64,000 nucleotides of DNA from a virus (IMGVR_UViG_3300046167_000733:43777-107776), one strand, 5' to 3'; numbered from the stretch's first letter, positions 31,443 through 43,586 are shown. The notes: generated from the letters alone by a model not told the origin. Numbers and translations: made by a program.

Positions 31443-32178
31443 GGGATTTGTTGTTGTTGCATCAAGAAAAAACAACTTCTACATATATGCCATTAATCTC
31501 ATAGAGTCCATCAAGGACTTCTATCCCGAAGCACACGTCACTCTTGTTACGGAAGAAAGATTTATTGATGGACGAGAAGACATTGCTGACAATATTATAT
31601 TTTGTGATGACCACTATCGTGCAAAGTTATGGGGTATGGCAAACTCACCTTATGATGTAACAATGTATGTTGATGCAGATATGGAATGTGAACACGAAGA
31701 TATAATGACCGTATGGGACAACCTTAGCGAGAATGATATGGTATTTCATGAACTTACAGAAGAGAGGTCTAAGTATTATACGATAAGACATTTTGATATT
31801 GAGAATAAAGAGAAAGAGGGTTGGTTCAGTCTATGTGGTGGTGTGTGCCTGTATAGAAGTTCCAATCCTCTTGTCAAGGAGTTTATGAATGAGTGGTATG
31901 AGTTATATGATTTACAACACAGTAATCTATGGAGACCCGATTGTTTCACTAATGATGAGCAATGGAATGGACTAAAGAAGTTTGACCAGACTACGCTTTG
32001 GTATATGGTAAATACTATGGAAAAGTATAAAGACCTCAAGATAGGTTTCTTTCATGATGACATTCGTTGGAACTACTTTACACAATATCAGTATGAGAAC
32101 CTAAAATCAATTGAGAATAAACCTGTCATACTCAGACATTATTCAGGTTGTCTTGAAAAGGATAAGGCATTAGTGTGA
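31435..32178 (+). CDS. GT-A fold glycosyltransferase (GT8-like)
   Basis: KGFVVVAS...AINLIESIKDF, RAKLWGMANSPYDVTMYVDAD (DxD), GGVCLY, FDQTTLW, RWNYF and ILRHYS. Confidence 0.8.
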   Translation: MNKGFVVVASRKNNFYIYAINLIESIKDFYPEAHVTLVTEERFIDGREDIADNIIFCDDHYRAKLWGMANSPYDVTMYVDADMECEHEDIMTVWDNLSENDMVFHELTEERSKYYTIRHFDIENKEKEGWFSLCGGVCLYRSSNPLVKEFMNEWYELYDLQHSNLWRPDCFTNDEQWNGLKKFDQTTLWYMVNTMEKYKDLKIGFFHDDIRWNYFTQYQYENLKSIENKPVILRHYSGCLEKDKALV

Positions 32179-32828
32179 GAGATATACCTATAAATAATCC
32201 ATATGTCAAGGAGGCATTGAACAACTTCCTTTGGTATTACGAGAATAAAGAACTTGTTATAAAAACAATAAAGGTAGATGGAGAAGAAAATAAAAGAAAA
32301 GACTTTACATCAAAGGAATATTGTGATAAGATAGTTTCAATGGGTAGAAGTCATAATGGATATCCAGAAAGTATATACACATATCCTCTTAAAGAATCAA
32401 ATATAAAGGACAATACGCATGCGGCAGAACTCATTAAAAGATACAGTGATTACAATACAGAATTATGTTCTATTCTTTGCACTAAGAATAATGCTTTAGC
32501 AACAATGTATCCACCTAATGGTTTTATTGGGTGGCACAACAATGCTAACGCAAGTGCTTACAATCTTATATTCTCGTGGAGTGAAACAGGGGATGGTCTC
32601 TTTCAATATATAGATGGAGAGACAGGTGATAATATTATAATGAAAGATAAAAAGGGATGGCAATGTAAAGCAGGATACTTCGGTTCATATGAAGAACATC
32701 AAAGTAAACTTGTTTATCATTCTGCGGAAACTGATTGTTGGAGAATGACTATATCGTATATGTTCAATCGAACCGAGATGAGTTCTAATATACAAGAAGA
32801 GACCATAGAGGAGATAATGTATATCTAA
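32175..32828 (+). CDS. cupin / 2OG-Fe(II) dioxygenase-like protein
   Basis: YPPNGFIGWHNN...LIFSWS...G.FQY...VYHSA...RMTI is a double-stranded beta-helix pattern (HxN...H...R). Confidence 0.6.
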   Translation: MRDIPINNPYVKEALNNFLWYYENKELVIKTIKVDGEENKRKDFTSKEYCDKIVSMGRSHNGYPESIYTYPLKESNIKDNTHAAELIKRYSDYNTELCSILCTKNNALATMYPPNGFIGWHNNANASAYNLIFSWSETGDGLFQYIDGETGDNIIMKDKKGWQCKAGYFGSYEEHQSKLVYHSAETDCWRMTISYMFNRTEMSSNIQEETIEEIMYI

Positions 32829-32900
32829 CCCTCTCCAGTATTCTTAAAGTTTTACCTATATGTAGTACTACTTATACAAATGAAGATTTATAGAATTATT

Positions 32901-32973
32901 ATATGTATATCCAACCTTCCCTAAAGAGTACTTTAAGTATACCATACTTTTATATTTTTGTCAAGCATAAAAT
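32901..32973 (-). repeat. dispersed repeat copy A containing an antisense sigma70 promoter
   Basis: 51 bp identical to 60354-60404, then a 7-nt variable spacer, then 15 identical bp; TTGACA-17-TATACT on the minus strand. Confidence 0.9.
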
Positions 32974-33009
32974 ATATTTTATTTACTCTGATATAGGGTT
33001 TCAAAAACA

Positions 33010-33017
33010 TATAAATA
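33010..33017 (+). promoter_or_regulatory. late promoter TATAAATA
   Basis: Exact consensus upstream of 33050. Confidence 0.7.
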
Positions 33018-33049
33018 GATGTAATGATTAAACAAAACGGAATTAGAAA

Positions 33050-33418
33050 ATGGCACTAGTATCACACGAAGATATTGTAATAAACCAAGGCACAGATGTC
33101 GCGATAGAAATCCATCTCGTTCACGATAGTGGTAGTGTTTATAACTTAACAAACAGAACAGTTACCTCAAAAATGAAGAGAAGATATGCTGACTCAGCAG
33201 GAGACCCTGCTACAGTATCTTTCAACTCAGTTATTGCGACACCTCCAACAGATGGTATCGTAACACTATCCCTAACTAACGCAGTCACAGATGCCCTTGA
33301 AACAAGAGGTCGTTATGTGTATGATGTAGAACTTTCTTATCAGGATAGTGATAGTAATACAATCATAGAAAGAATTCTCCAAGGAGAAGTAGAAGTTTCA
33401 CCCTCAGTAACGAGATAG
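33050..33418 (+). CDS. fibre-attachment protein (BppU N-terminal-like)
   Basis: DIVINQGTD, GIVTLSLT...T.AL..GRYVYDVEL and RILQGEVEVSPSVT motifs. Confidence 0.75.
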   Translation: MALVSHEDIVINQGTDVAIEIHLVHDSGSVYNLTNRTVTSKMKRRYADSAGDPATVSFNSVIATPPTDGIVTLSLTNAVTDALETRGRYVYDVELSYQDSDSNTIIERILQGEVEVSPSVTR

Positions 33419-33424
33419 ATTAAT

Positions 33425-36400
33425 ATGCCTTCAGTTATATACCGAGACCCAAAGATTAAAATAAATGCTGTTGTCTATAAGGACACCACAGTTAGAGTAA
33501 AGAAACTTGTAGTAGGGACTCCTGTAAAAAGAGTTACTTCAGGTGCATTTAATATTGATAACCTTTCAGGAGTAAGTACTACAGGAAAAACAGCAGGTTC
33601 TATACTTGCATACAATGCTTCCGATACAAAATGGTCTACCACAAACTTTGCTACAGGTAATAACATTTCTATTACTTTTGATAGTGCCGCAAACACATTT
33701 ACCTTTGGTACGAATGCCGCATTAACGAATGTAACTTCACTTGACGCAACGACTACAAGTACAGTACGCGGTGTATTATCTGTAACAGATGCAGGAGGAG
33801 ATGGTTCTCTTGCGTACAATAATAGTACAGGTGTAGTAACATATACTGGACCAAGTGCAAGTGAAACACGCGCACATGTTTCTGCCGTTGATGGTGGAGG
33901 TGATGGGTCATTTACATACAACTCTGGAACAGGGGCATTCACTTATACTGGACCAAGTGCCGCAGAAGTTCGCGCACATATAACCGCAAACAAAGGTTTA
34001 AACATAAGTAGTGGTGAGTTGAATATTGACTCTGCTAATGTCAAGGGAATGTTCTCAGGGGGAACAGGGGTTACTTATAATAATGGAGTAATATCCATAG
34101 GTCAACCTGTAGCAACAAGTTCAGATGTTACCTTTAACGATGTTGTTATATCAGGTGACCTTACTGTATCAGGAACACAAACTACTGTCAATACCGAAAC
34201 ATTATTACTTGCAGATAATGTAATTGTTGTTAACTCAAATGCCACAGGTACTCCATCCGAGAATGGTGGTATTGAAGTTGAACGTGGTGACGCAACTAAT
34301 AAGACCTTGATATGGAACGAGGCAATCGACAAGTGGACAGTAGGTTCAGAAACATTCGTGGCAGGAACATTTGAAGGTAATCTTACAGGTAATGTAACAG
34401 GAACTGTATCAAGTATCTCAAACCATACCACCGCGAACTTAACAGAAAACACTAATCTTTATCATACTACTGCTCGTGCAAGAGGTGCGGTAAGTGCAAG
34501 TGGAGACTTATCTTACAACTCATCTACAGGTGTATTCTCTATTGATGTTGAAGACGCATATACTAAGGTAAACTTTGATAGTGACTTGAGTGCCGCAAAC
34601 ACAGGACAACTTCCAGAAGGTTCTAATCTTTATCATACTACCGCACGCGCACGAGGCGCAGTATCCGTAACGGACGCAGGGGGTGATGGTTCACTCTCAT
34701 ATAATAGTAGTACAGGTGTTATTACATATACAGGTGCAAGTGCGGCAGAGGTTCGTGCTCATTTTAGTGCGGGAGGAGACCTCTCTTATAACTCTTCAAC
34801 AGGACAGTTCTCGTTTGATGTTGAGAGTGTTTATACTAAGGCAAACTTTGATAGTGATTTAGGTATCGCAAATACAGGTCAACTTCCAGAAGGTAGTAAT
34901 CTATATTATACAAATGCGAGAGCAGATGCTAGAATAACAACTGCTTCAGTGACCGCTACAGGGGCGTTAATGGACAGTGAGTTGACTGATTTGGCAGGAG
35001 TCAAAGGTGTCACTATATCCACACTACAACCTAAACCATCTGAAGGTGCGTTTGCTAATGGAGATAAAACTAAACTTGATGCGATTGAATCAGGGGCAAC
35101 AGCAGACCAGACAGATGCAGAGATAAGAACTGCAGTAGAATCCGCAACAGATTCAAATGTATTTACAGACGCAGACCATAGTAAACTCAACGCAATAGAA
35201 GCATCCGCTACTGCTGACCAGACAGATGCTGAAATAAAAACTGCGTATGAGAATAACTCAGACACAAACGCATTTACAGATGCAGAGAAAACAAAACTTT
35301 CTAACATAGAAGCAAGTGCTGATGTTACCGATACTGCCAATGTAACCTCTGCGGGTGCGTTGATGGACTCCGAAGTTACTGACTTAGCAGGAGTTAAGGG
35401 AGTAACCATATCAACACTTCAGGTCAAACCAACAGAAGGTGCTTTTGCGGATGGAGATAAAACTAAACTAGACGGAATAGAAGCATCTGCGGATGTGACG
35501 GATACTGCTAATGTAACTTCAGCGGGTGCGTTGATGGACTCCGAACTAACAGATTTAGCAGGTGTTAAGGGTGTCACAATATCTACATTGCAACCTAAAC
35601 CCTCGGAAGGTGCGTTTGCTAATGGAGATAAAACTAAACTAGACGGGATAGAAGCAAGTGCAGATGTGACGGATACTGCTAATGTGACAGCGGCAGGGGC
35701 ATTAATGGACTCTGAGTTGACTGACCTAGCAGGGGTAAAAGGAGTTACAATTTCAACTCTCAAGTAAAACCCTCAGAAGGGGCGTTTGCTAACGGAGACA
35801 AGACTAAACTTGACGGTATTGAAGCATCAGCAGATGTCACGGATACTGCGAATGTAACTTCGGCAGGTGCGTTAATGGATAGTGAACTTACTTCTATTGC
35901 AGATGTAAAAGCACTAGACCAATCCGTTATATCAGGGGCAAGTCCAAACTTCACAACAACTAATATGAGTGATGCAACCAATAAAAGGTTCATGACAGAT
36001 GCTCAAGAAAGTAAGTTAGACGGAATAGAAGCAAGTGCGACTGCAGACCAAACCGATGCAGAAATCAGGGCGGCAGTAGAAGCGGCAACAGACTCGAATG
36101 TATTTACAGATGCTGACCATTCTAAACTCAATGCGATTGAGGCGAGTGCTGACGTTACAGATACTGCTAACGTTACTGCGGCAGGTGCTTTGATGGATAG
36201 TGAAGTAGATGCTGATATAAAAACATTATCACTTCCTGCTAACACAACAATATCTGCATTCGGTAAAACCTTAGTAGATGATGCTGATGCCGCTACCGCA
36301 AGAACAACATTAGGTATTGATGCTTCTGGAACAGATAATTCTACAAATGTTACTCTAGCAGGTTCACTTGATTATATAACTATATCAGGACAAGAAATAA

Positions 36401-39400
36401 CTAGAAATGCTATTAACTTGTCTACAGATGTAACAGGAACATTACCTATAAGCAATATGGCGGCAACAGCATTAACAACTGTTCAGACTGCCGCTAATGA
36501 ATCCGCACACTTAGCATTAACGGCACAAGAGGGTGACGTTGTAGTAAGGTCAGACCAAAATAAAACATATATGCATAATGGTGGTTCTGCAGGTACAATG
36601 AACGACTATACATTACTCGCAACTCCAACTGATGCCGTAACAAGTGTCAATGGTAATACTGGTGTTGTAACTGTAACAGAAAACGTTACCACAAACTTAA
36701 CAATCACGGGTACAGATGCCGCAAGAACTATAGTTTCTTCGGACGGTACAAATGCAGTAATCCCTGTTGCTACCGATAGTGTATCAGGGGTGATGTCTGC
36801 CGCAGACCATACTAAGTTAAGTGGAATAGAAACTAGTGCGGATGTTACCGACACTGCTAATGTAACCTCAGCAGGTGCGTTGATGGATAGTGAAGTCACT
36901 AACCTCGCACAAGTAAAAGCATTCGATGCTTCTGATTATGCGACTTCCGCGCAGGGTACAAAGGCAGACTCCGCATTACAAAATGTGGTAGAGGATAGTT
37001 CTCCTCAGTTGGGTGCTAACCTTGACTTGAATTCAAATGATATTACAGGTACAGGTAACATATCAACTACAGGTGACTTTACTCTTACAGATACAACAAG
37101 TGGAAGTGCCGCAGGACCAGAACTTACTTTACATAGAGACATAACAGGTGCAGACGCAAACTACCTTGGACAAATAAAGTTTACTGGTGATAACGATGCA
37201 GACCAAAGTAATGTTTTTGCTAAGATTACAGGTAAGATTAGTGATGCATCAGACGGAAGTGAAGATGGTCTTATTGAGTTTGCTCTTAAGAAAGCAGGAA
37301 GCAATAACATAGGTGCAAGACTTACAAGTACAGACTTGAAACTTATAAACGGAACAGGATTAGAAGTTGCAGGAAACATAACTGTAACAGGTACAGTAGA
37401 TGGTAGAGATGTCGCAACAGATGGTACTAAGTTAGATGGTGTTGAAGCATCAGCAGATGTAACCGACACTGCAAACGTTACTGCCGCAGGTGCGTTAATG
37501 GATAGTGAACTCACTGACCTTGCGGGTGTTAAGGGTGTCACAATATCTACTCTACAACCTAAACCCGTCAGAAGGTGCATTTCGCGAATGGCGATAAGAC
37601 CAAGTTAGATGGTATTGAAGCATCTGCCGATGTAACCGATACCGCAAATGTAACTGCGGCAGGAGCACTAATGGACTCCGAGTTAACAGACTTAGCAGGG
37701 TGTCAAAGGTGTTACGATTTCTACACTTCAGGTAAAACCATCGGAAGGTGCTTTCGCGGATGGTGACAAAACTAAGTTAGACGCAATAGAAGCATCTGCT
37801 GATGTAACCGATACTGCTAATGTTACTGCCGCAGGAGCATTGATGGACAGTGAGTTAACAGACTTAGCAGGAGTCAAAGGTGTCACGATATCTACCTTGC
37901 AACCTAAACCATCTGAAGGTGCTTTTGCTAATGGAGATAAGACTAAGTTAGATGGTATTGAAGCATCTGCGGATGTTACTGACACTGCCAATGTTACTTC
38001 AGCAGGAGCATTGATGGATTCAGAGTTAGCATCTATTGCTGATGTGAAAGCATTAGACCAATCTGTTGTATCTGGAGCAAGTCCTACATTCGGTACTGCA
38101 AATATGACCGATGCCTCTAACAAGAGGTTTATGACTGACGCACAAGAAACTAAACTTGATAGTGTTGAATCCTCTGCTACTGCAGACCAAACTGCCGCAG
38201 AAATACTTACTGCGATTAAGACAGTAGACGGAGCAAGTTCAGGGTTAGATGCTGACTTACTCGATGGAGTACAAGGTTCTTCATATCTTAGAAGTGATGC
38301 TAATGACACCTTTACAGGTAACTTAACTGTAGCAGGTAAAATTGGTCTTGGTGATGCAGATACTGTTGCAGACCACGAGTTACATATTCAAAGTGCTTCA
38401 CCAACCATAAGACTAGAAGATACAGACGGAAACCAAAGATTTGATATTACACAAAACGGTGGCACTACTAATGTTGATTATGAATCAGGTGTAATCTTTA
38501 AGAAAGCAGATGCTACAGAAATATTCAGAATTGATGGTGCGGGTATAGATGTAACGGGTATTATTACTGCTACAAGTCATATTGATGTGCCAGACAATTC
38601 ATATCTATTGATGGGTACAGGTGACGATTTACAACTCTATCACGATGGTAGTAACTCATATGTTAGAGATGTAGGAACAGGTGACCTTTACATTGATACT
38701 AACTCAGGAATACATCTGTATGCTAATGGCAGTGAAACTATGCTATATGCACAACCTAATGCGGGTGTTCAACTATTCTATGATAATGTCAAGAAAATTG
38801 AAACGGTATCTTCTGGGATAGAGGTATCAGGTACTCTTCAAGTTGAAGGTGCTACAGGCGAAACTATAAGACTACACAGAGATGACACTACAGTAACAGG
38901 TGGCAATTTAATAGGACAAATTGCATTTTCACACAACGACGATACTAATAGTGGTGATGGTGTACTTATAAAAGGTGTTGCTAATGGCGGTACAGGTAAT
39001 TCTACCTTACAAATCCATACAGGAACGCCAGGAAGTTTAACTGAAAAGATTAGAATTTCTGATAGTAAGGTTGAGAATAAAGTTGACCTAGAAGTAACAG
39101 GTGATGTAACTGCAACAGGTGCATTTAAAACAACAGCGGCGGGTACGGGTCAACAATTATTTAATGCAACTGTTGATTTAGGAACTAATACCAGAGGATT
39201 CTCACTGGTTAGTCCTGCTAGTGATAGCGGTAGTACGGCATTTAAATGGGAAACAGGAAACTCTATACTATGGGAACTTGACACTGCTGAAGCAAAATCA
39301 ATGTTCCTAAACTCAGCAGGTAACTTGGGTCTAGGTACTTACTCACAAAGTGTCAAACTTGATGTGAACGGTACTATAAAGTATACAGGTTTAAGGGGTA

Positions 39401-41785
39401 CAGGTTCTGTTACAGTAACCAATATACTTGACGAAGACAACATGGCAAGTAACAGTGCTACTGCATTGGCAACACAACAATCCATCAAAGGCATATGTAG
39501 ATGCTAATGCGGGTGGTGGTAGTTCTATGACGGATGCAGAAGTAAGGGCGGCAGTAGAAGCGGCAACAGACTCTAATGTATTCACGGACGCAGACCACTC
39601 TAAACTAAACGGAATAGAAGCAAGTGCTACCGCAGACCAAACTGCGGCACAAATACTTACTGCTATAAAAACAGTAGATGGTTCTGGTTCAGGATTAGAT
39701 GCGGATACAGTAGATGGAAAACATACAAGCGCATTACTTATCTCAGACTCTACTAGTAACTCAAATTTAAATACTGTTCAACAATCTGGGGTTTGGCGAC
39801 TCGGAGGAACTCTCACGAATGGTCCATCGGGTGCGGGTGGTTATGGTACATTGCTCGTTGCTAATAATGTAAGTGATACAGGTTTCCAGATGTATGTTGA
39901 TTTTAGTGGAAACGCAAATGCGTATATAAGAGGGGGTAATAGTTCTACATTCGGTGGTAGTGGGTCAAACACTTCTTGGGCGAAACTGTGGTCAGACCAA
40001 AATGACGGTTCGGGTTCAGGATTAGATGCGGATACAGTAGATGGTGTTCAAGGTTCTTCATTCCTCAGAAGTGACGCGAATGATACTGCAACAGGAATTG
40101 TTACTTTTAACGCTGATACAGTACACAGTCAGATAAGATTTACAGGAGTTGGTGGTAACTCTAATGTTAGTAATGACAGTTACGCTATTTATCAAGAAGC
40201 AGGCGCTTGGACATCACCATACCCAGACCTAGTTATTGGATACCACACAGGCATAAAGATTGGTGGTGCTACTGGTTATGGAGGAATTCGTTTCTACGAT
40301 AACAATCCCACTAGTGGTTCAATAATAGCGTCCATAGGAAATGGTGATAATCATTTCCGAGGTTACCATGAAGGATATTTAAGACATGGAGGTTCTACTG
40401 ATTACAAAATCTGGACACAGGGTAACGATGGTTCTGGTTCTGGATTAGACGCAGATACACTTGATGGAGTACAAGGTGCTTCATATCTTAGAAGTGATGC
40501 AAGTGATACCTTTACAGGTACGTTATCAGTAGTAGGTGCTATGTCAATAGAAAATTCTGGTGGTTATGGTAATATAGAGATTGGTGGTCCAAGTGGGGCA
40601 TATATTGACCTCAAGAAACCATACTCTGATGACTATGATTTGCGTATTATGTACGATGATACTGCCTCACTTAAAACACCAGGAAACTATGTATCTGTAA
40701 GTACTGCTTCTGGTTATGTTCATATTGGACCACAGAATACTTCTTACTCTCACTTCTCAACAGACAGAGCAAAGTTCTACTTCAATAAACAAATTAATGT
40801 TGATACAGGTATTATCACTTCACACAACGAAGACTTAAAACTACAAAGAGCAGGGTCTACTACCAACCAACTATTGATTGCTAGTGGTTCAGCAACGTTT
40901 GGTGTTGAACTTAATGCACCTTCTCTTAAGTTAACATCGGGAGGTGACGCATCACTCTCAAGTACGGCACATGTTCTTCAACTTGGTCCAACAAGTGGTA
41001 CAAATATGGCGCTTGATGGTAATGAAATCATGGCAAGAAATAATGGCGCGGCAAGTTCCTTAATATTTCAAAACGATGGTGGTAATATAAGTGCTTGTTC
41101 GGGTGGTGGAACCACAACGTTTGGTGGCAACTTAGTAATTCCAAATATAATATATCACGCAGGCGACACAAACACTTATCTGCAGTTCCAAACGGCAGAC
41201 CAATTTAGAGTTGTAACAGGTGGTGTTGAAAGACTTGAAGTTAATAACTCAGCAGTAACTGTAGCAGGTGTTTTAAGTGTTGGTGCCGCTATAGACTTAA
41301 TAGATAATAAAGTTCTAAGATTTGGTAGTAGTGATGATGTAGAGTTTTTCTTCAGTGGTTCACATATGTATACTGATTTAAATACAGGGGATTGGTATAT
41401 TAGAGACGGTACAACCAATAGATTCTTATTTAATGATAACGGAGATTTCCACGCTGACGCAAACATATTTGCGTATTCAACTTCGGTAGGTTCTGACAGA
41501 AAACTAAAAGATAATATAGAAGTTATAGAAAGTCCATTAGAAAAAATACAAAAACTAAACGGTGTTACTTTTAATTGGAAAAGAGATGGTGAAGCATCAG
41601 CAGGTGTTATTGCTCAAGATGTTCAAAAAGTTTTACCAAGTGCTGTAAAAGAGGTCAAGCAGTTAAGTAATGAGGGTGAAGATTCCACAAGACTTAATGT
41701 TGACTATAACCAAATAATAGGTTTGTTGGTTGAGTCAGTAAAAGAACTGAAAAAAGAAATCGAAGAACTGAAAAAAGGTAAATAA
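33425..41785 (+). CDS. giant tail fibre (about 2,780 aa reconstructed) with C-terminal intramolecular chaperone (peptidase S74-like); broken by indels near 35760, 37566-37586, 37700 and 39490
   Basis: ORFs at 33425, 35875, 37575, 37840 and 39428 continue the same repeats across each break; C-terminus SDRKLKDNIEVIESPLEKIQKLNGVTFNWK...GVIAQDV...VDYNQIIGLLVESVKEL. Confidence 0.85.
34960..35900 (+). repeat. tandem 171-bp (57-aa) coding repeats, block 1
   Basis: Unit DKTKLDGIEASADVTDTANVTSAGALMDSELTDLAGVKGVTISTLQPKPSEGAFANG; GGAGATAAAACTAAACT recurs 171 bp apart. Confidence 0.9.
37420..38200 (+). repeat. tandem 57-aa coding repeats, block 2
   Basis: Same unit, followed by the same SIADVKALDQSV...NKRFMTDAQE segment seen after block 1. 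Confidence 0.9.
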
Positions 41786-42363
41786 TGGCAGTTCCATCGT
41801 CAGGACAAATATCTTTAAATGACTTCCATGTTGAAGCAGGGGGTACATCAGGTTCTGCCTGTACTCTAAACGATGCAGATATTAGAGGATTGATTAGTAA
41901 AGGTTCTGGTGCGGCAATGAACTTCAACGAATGGTATGGGGCGAGTGGTTCAGTACATACTACTGCGTTCGTTTCAGTATATCAGGCATCGCAATACACC
42001 CCAAGTAGTGGATTTTTGGAGAGTGGTGGACAAGGTAGTATGACAGATAACACTATAGCATCATATGGTTCTGGTAATCAAACTACTATAAAAATAACTC
42101 AACTAAGAAACTATGCAGGAACATTAATATTTGGTTTAGAACCTTCTTCAGGAACTTATGATGCGGGTAATTCTGGTTGGACTACATTAAATGTTTACTA
42201 CGGTCAAACAGACGCAAGTGGAAGTGCAGATTTATCTATTGCCAGAACCTCTATGAATTACAATGGTAATAGTAGTGGTGCTACTTGGTCAATTAATGGT
42301 TCATATGCAACAGGTACTGTTTTTGGTGAAAGTAATACTAATAACTTCTTGGAACTCCTGTAA
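41785..42363 (+). CDS. fibre-tip-associated protein
   Basis: MAVPSSGQISLNDF...LNDADIRGL...MNFNEWYGAS N-terminus, typical after S74-bearing fibres. Confidence 0.65.
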   Translation: MAVPSSGQISLNDFHVEAGGTSGSACTLNDADIRGLISKGSGAAMNFNEWYGASGSVHTTAFVSVYQASQYTPSSGFLESGGQGSMTDNTIASYGSGNQTTIKITQLRNYAGTLIFGLEPSSGTYDAGNSGWTTLNVYYGQTDASGSADLSIARTSMNYNGNSSGATWSINGSYATGTVFGESNTNNFLELL

Positions 42364-43211
42364 TGACATTTACTTATTCACATATCACAAGAGACTCAAT
42401 ACTTATAACTACTATGACGGATTCTGATGGTAGATTGGTTGAAGTTCCTTCTAAGTTAAATGCCGACAATAGTGTTAACGAAACTCTTTCTAAGAAGTTG
42501 GCAGAAAGTATTTATTATCGAAACACTACGGTTCAAACACAAGTAAATCATATCGCTTCAATCAACGCAACTCAAGTAAAAGATACAACATACTTGAATG
42601 GTAGTGCGACAAGAACAGACTATGCGGTGGGGACTACTCAGGGTCAAGCAATCGTTGCGACATTAAACGATGACTTCTCAGGGGAAGTCTCTTCTTTTGA
42701 TAACAACACTATGAACCTTGTCGGAGAATATACTGCGCAGAGACCACCTTATAATGTAAACAACAATATCTCGTTCTATAACTTTGATGCTCCAACCGAT
42801 ACTATTAAGAATAGTTTTGGGGCAACCTATCAGGAATATAGAGATTGGTATGGATTGAAGTTTGATACTGTAACGAATGATGTACTCGCAAAGTTTGTGA
42901 TACCCGAAACAGAAATGAAGAGAGTTGATGTCGATACCTATAATGAGATAAACGCATTACTACCACCTCATAGTTATCAATTCTATGCCAGAATACACGA
43001 CAAGTCAAGTAATATAAATGAGAATGTAGATGTATATTTTCAGGCAGACCCTAGTGTCATGAAGTCTTGGTGTACCACAAACTCGTACACCTTTCCTTAT
43101 GATACAACTGACAATACGATTGAACCAAAGTTGTTTATATGGGGATGCGTCTACAATACAACATCGGAGACTATAACGCATGTCAAAGCATACGCAAGAA
43201 CAACAGTATAA
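42363..43211 (+). CDS. hypothetical protein
   Basis: 282-aa ORF translationally coupled to the previous gene. Confidence 0.7.
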   Translation: MTFTYSHITRDSILITTMTDSDGRLVEVPSKLNADNSVNETLSKKLAESIYYRNTTVQTQVNHIASINATQVKDTTYLNGSATRTDYAVGTTQGQAIVATLNDDFSGEVSSFDNNTMNLVGEYTAQRPPYNVNNNISFYNFDAPTDTIKNSFGATYQEYRDWYGLKFDTVTNDVLAKFVIPETEMKRVDVDTYNEINALLPPHSYQFYARIHDKSSNINENVDVYFQADPSVMKSWCTTNSYTFPYDTTDNTIEPKLFIWGCVYNTTSETITHVKAYARTTV

Positions 43212-43314
43212 TAAAGAGATATTTGAGGAAGTCGATAAGAAGTTCTGGGAAAAGAATGAAAAAGAAAACCGATATTCCGAAGGTATTTTTAGTATAAATA
43301 AGAGTAAAGAATAA
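43180..43314 (+). CDS. possible small ORF (44 aa, MSKHTQEQQYNKEIFEEVDKKFWEK...)
   Basis: GGAGA upstream; fills the intergenic gap; overlaps the end of the previous gene. Confidence 0.35.
   Translation: MSKHTQEQQYNKEIFEEVDKKFWEKNEKENRYSEGIFSINKSKE
43293..43300 (+). promoter_or_regulatory. late promoter TATAAATA
   Basis: Exact consensus upstream of 43326. Confidence 0.7.
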
Positions 43315-43325
43315 AGAGAAATAAA

Positions 43326-43586
43326 ATGGCAATAACAAAAACAAGTGTATTAAGTGAAGTGGTGGTAACACCCGCAATGGATTCATCTGCGGCAGATACC
43401 GCAAATGATAAACACCCTGTAATAGTAGTATCACATTTTGATACCTATACTGAAGATGGTGTAGAGGGTGTTGCGAAACACAGAAAAACAGAATTAAAGA
43501 AGTTTGTTGAGGATGGCGGTGCCGCTACTGATGTAAGTGGCGAGGATGCATTCGTTCAAACAATAGCAACTGCTATTTGGAGTTAA
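43326..43586 (+). CDS. small virion-module protein
   Basis: MAITKT...DVSGEDAFVQTIATAIWS, a type common next to marine phage fibre genes. Confidence 0.7.
   Translation: MAITKTSVLSEVVVTPAMDSSAADTANDKHPVIVVSHFDTYTEDGVEGVAKHRKTELKKFVEDGGAATDVSGEDAFVQTIATAIWS

Noticed and set aside
34960-38200. Repeats as a CRISPR array or a diversity-generating retroelement
   Set aside because: The repeats are in-frame coding units with no spacers, the differences are synonymous rather than adenine-specific, and there is no reverse transcriptase or cas gene in the window.
33425-41785. Five separate fibre genes, or a phase-variable fibre
   Set aside because: Breaks fall mid-repeat and each repeat resumes in the next frame; there are no RBSs or long slippage tracts at the breaks.
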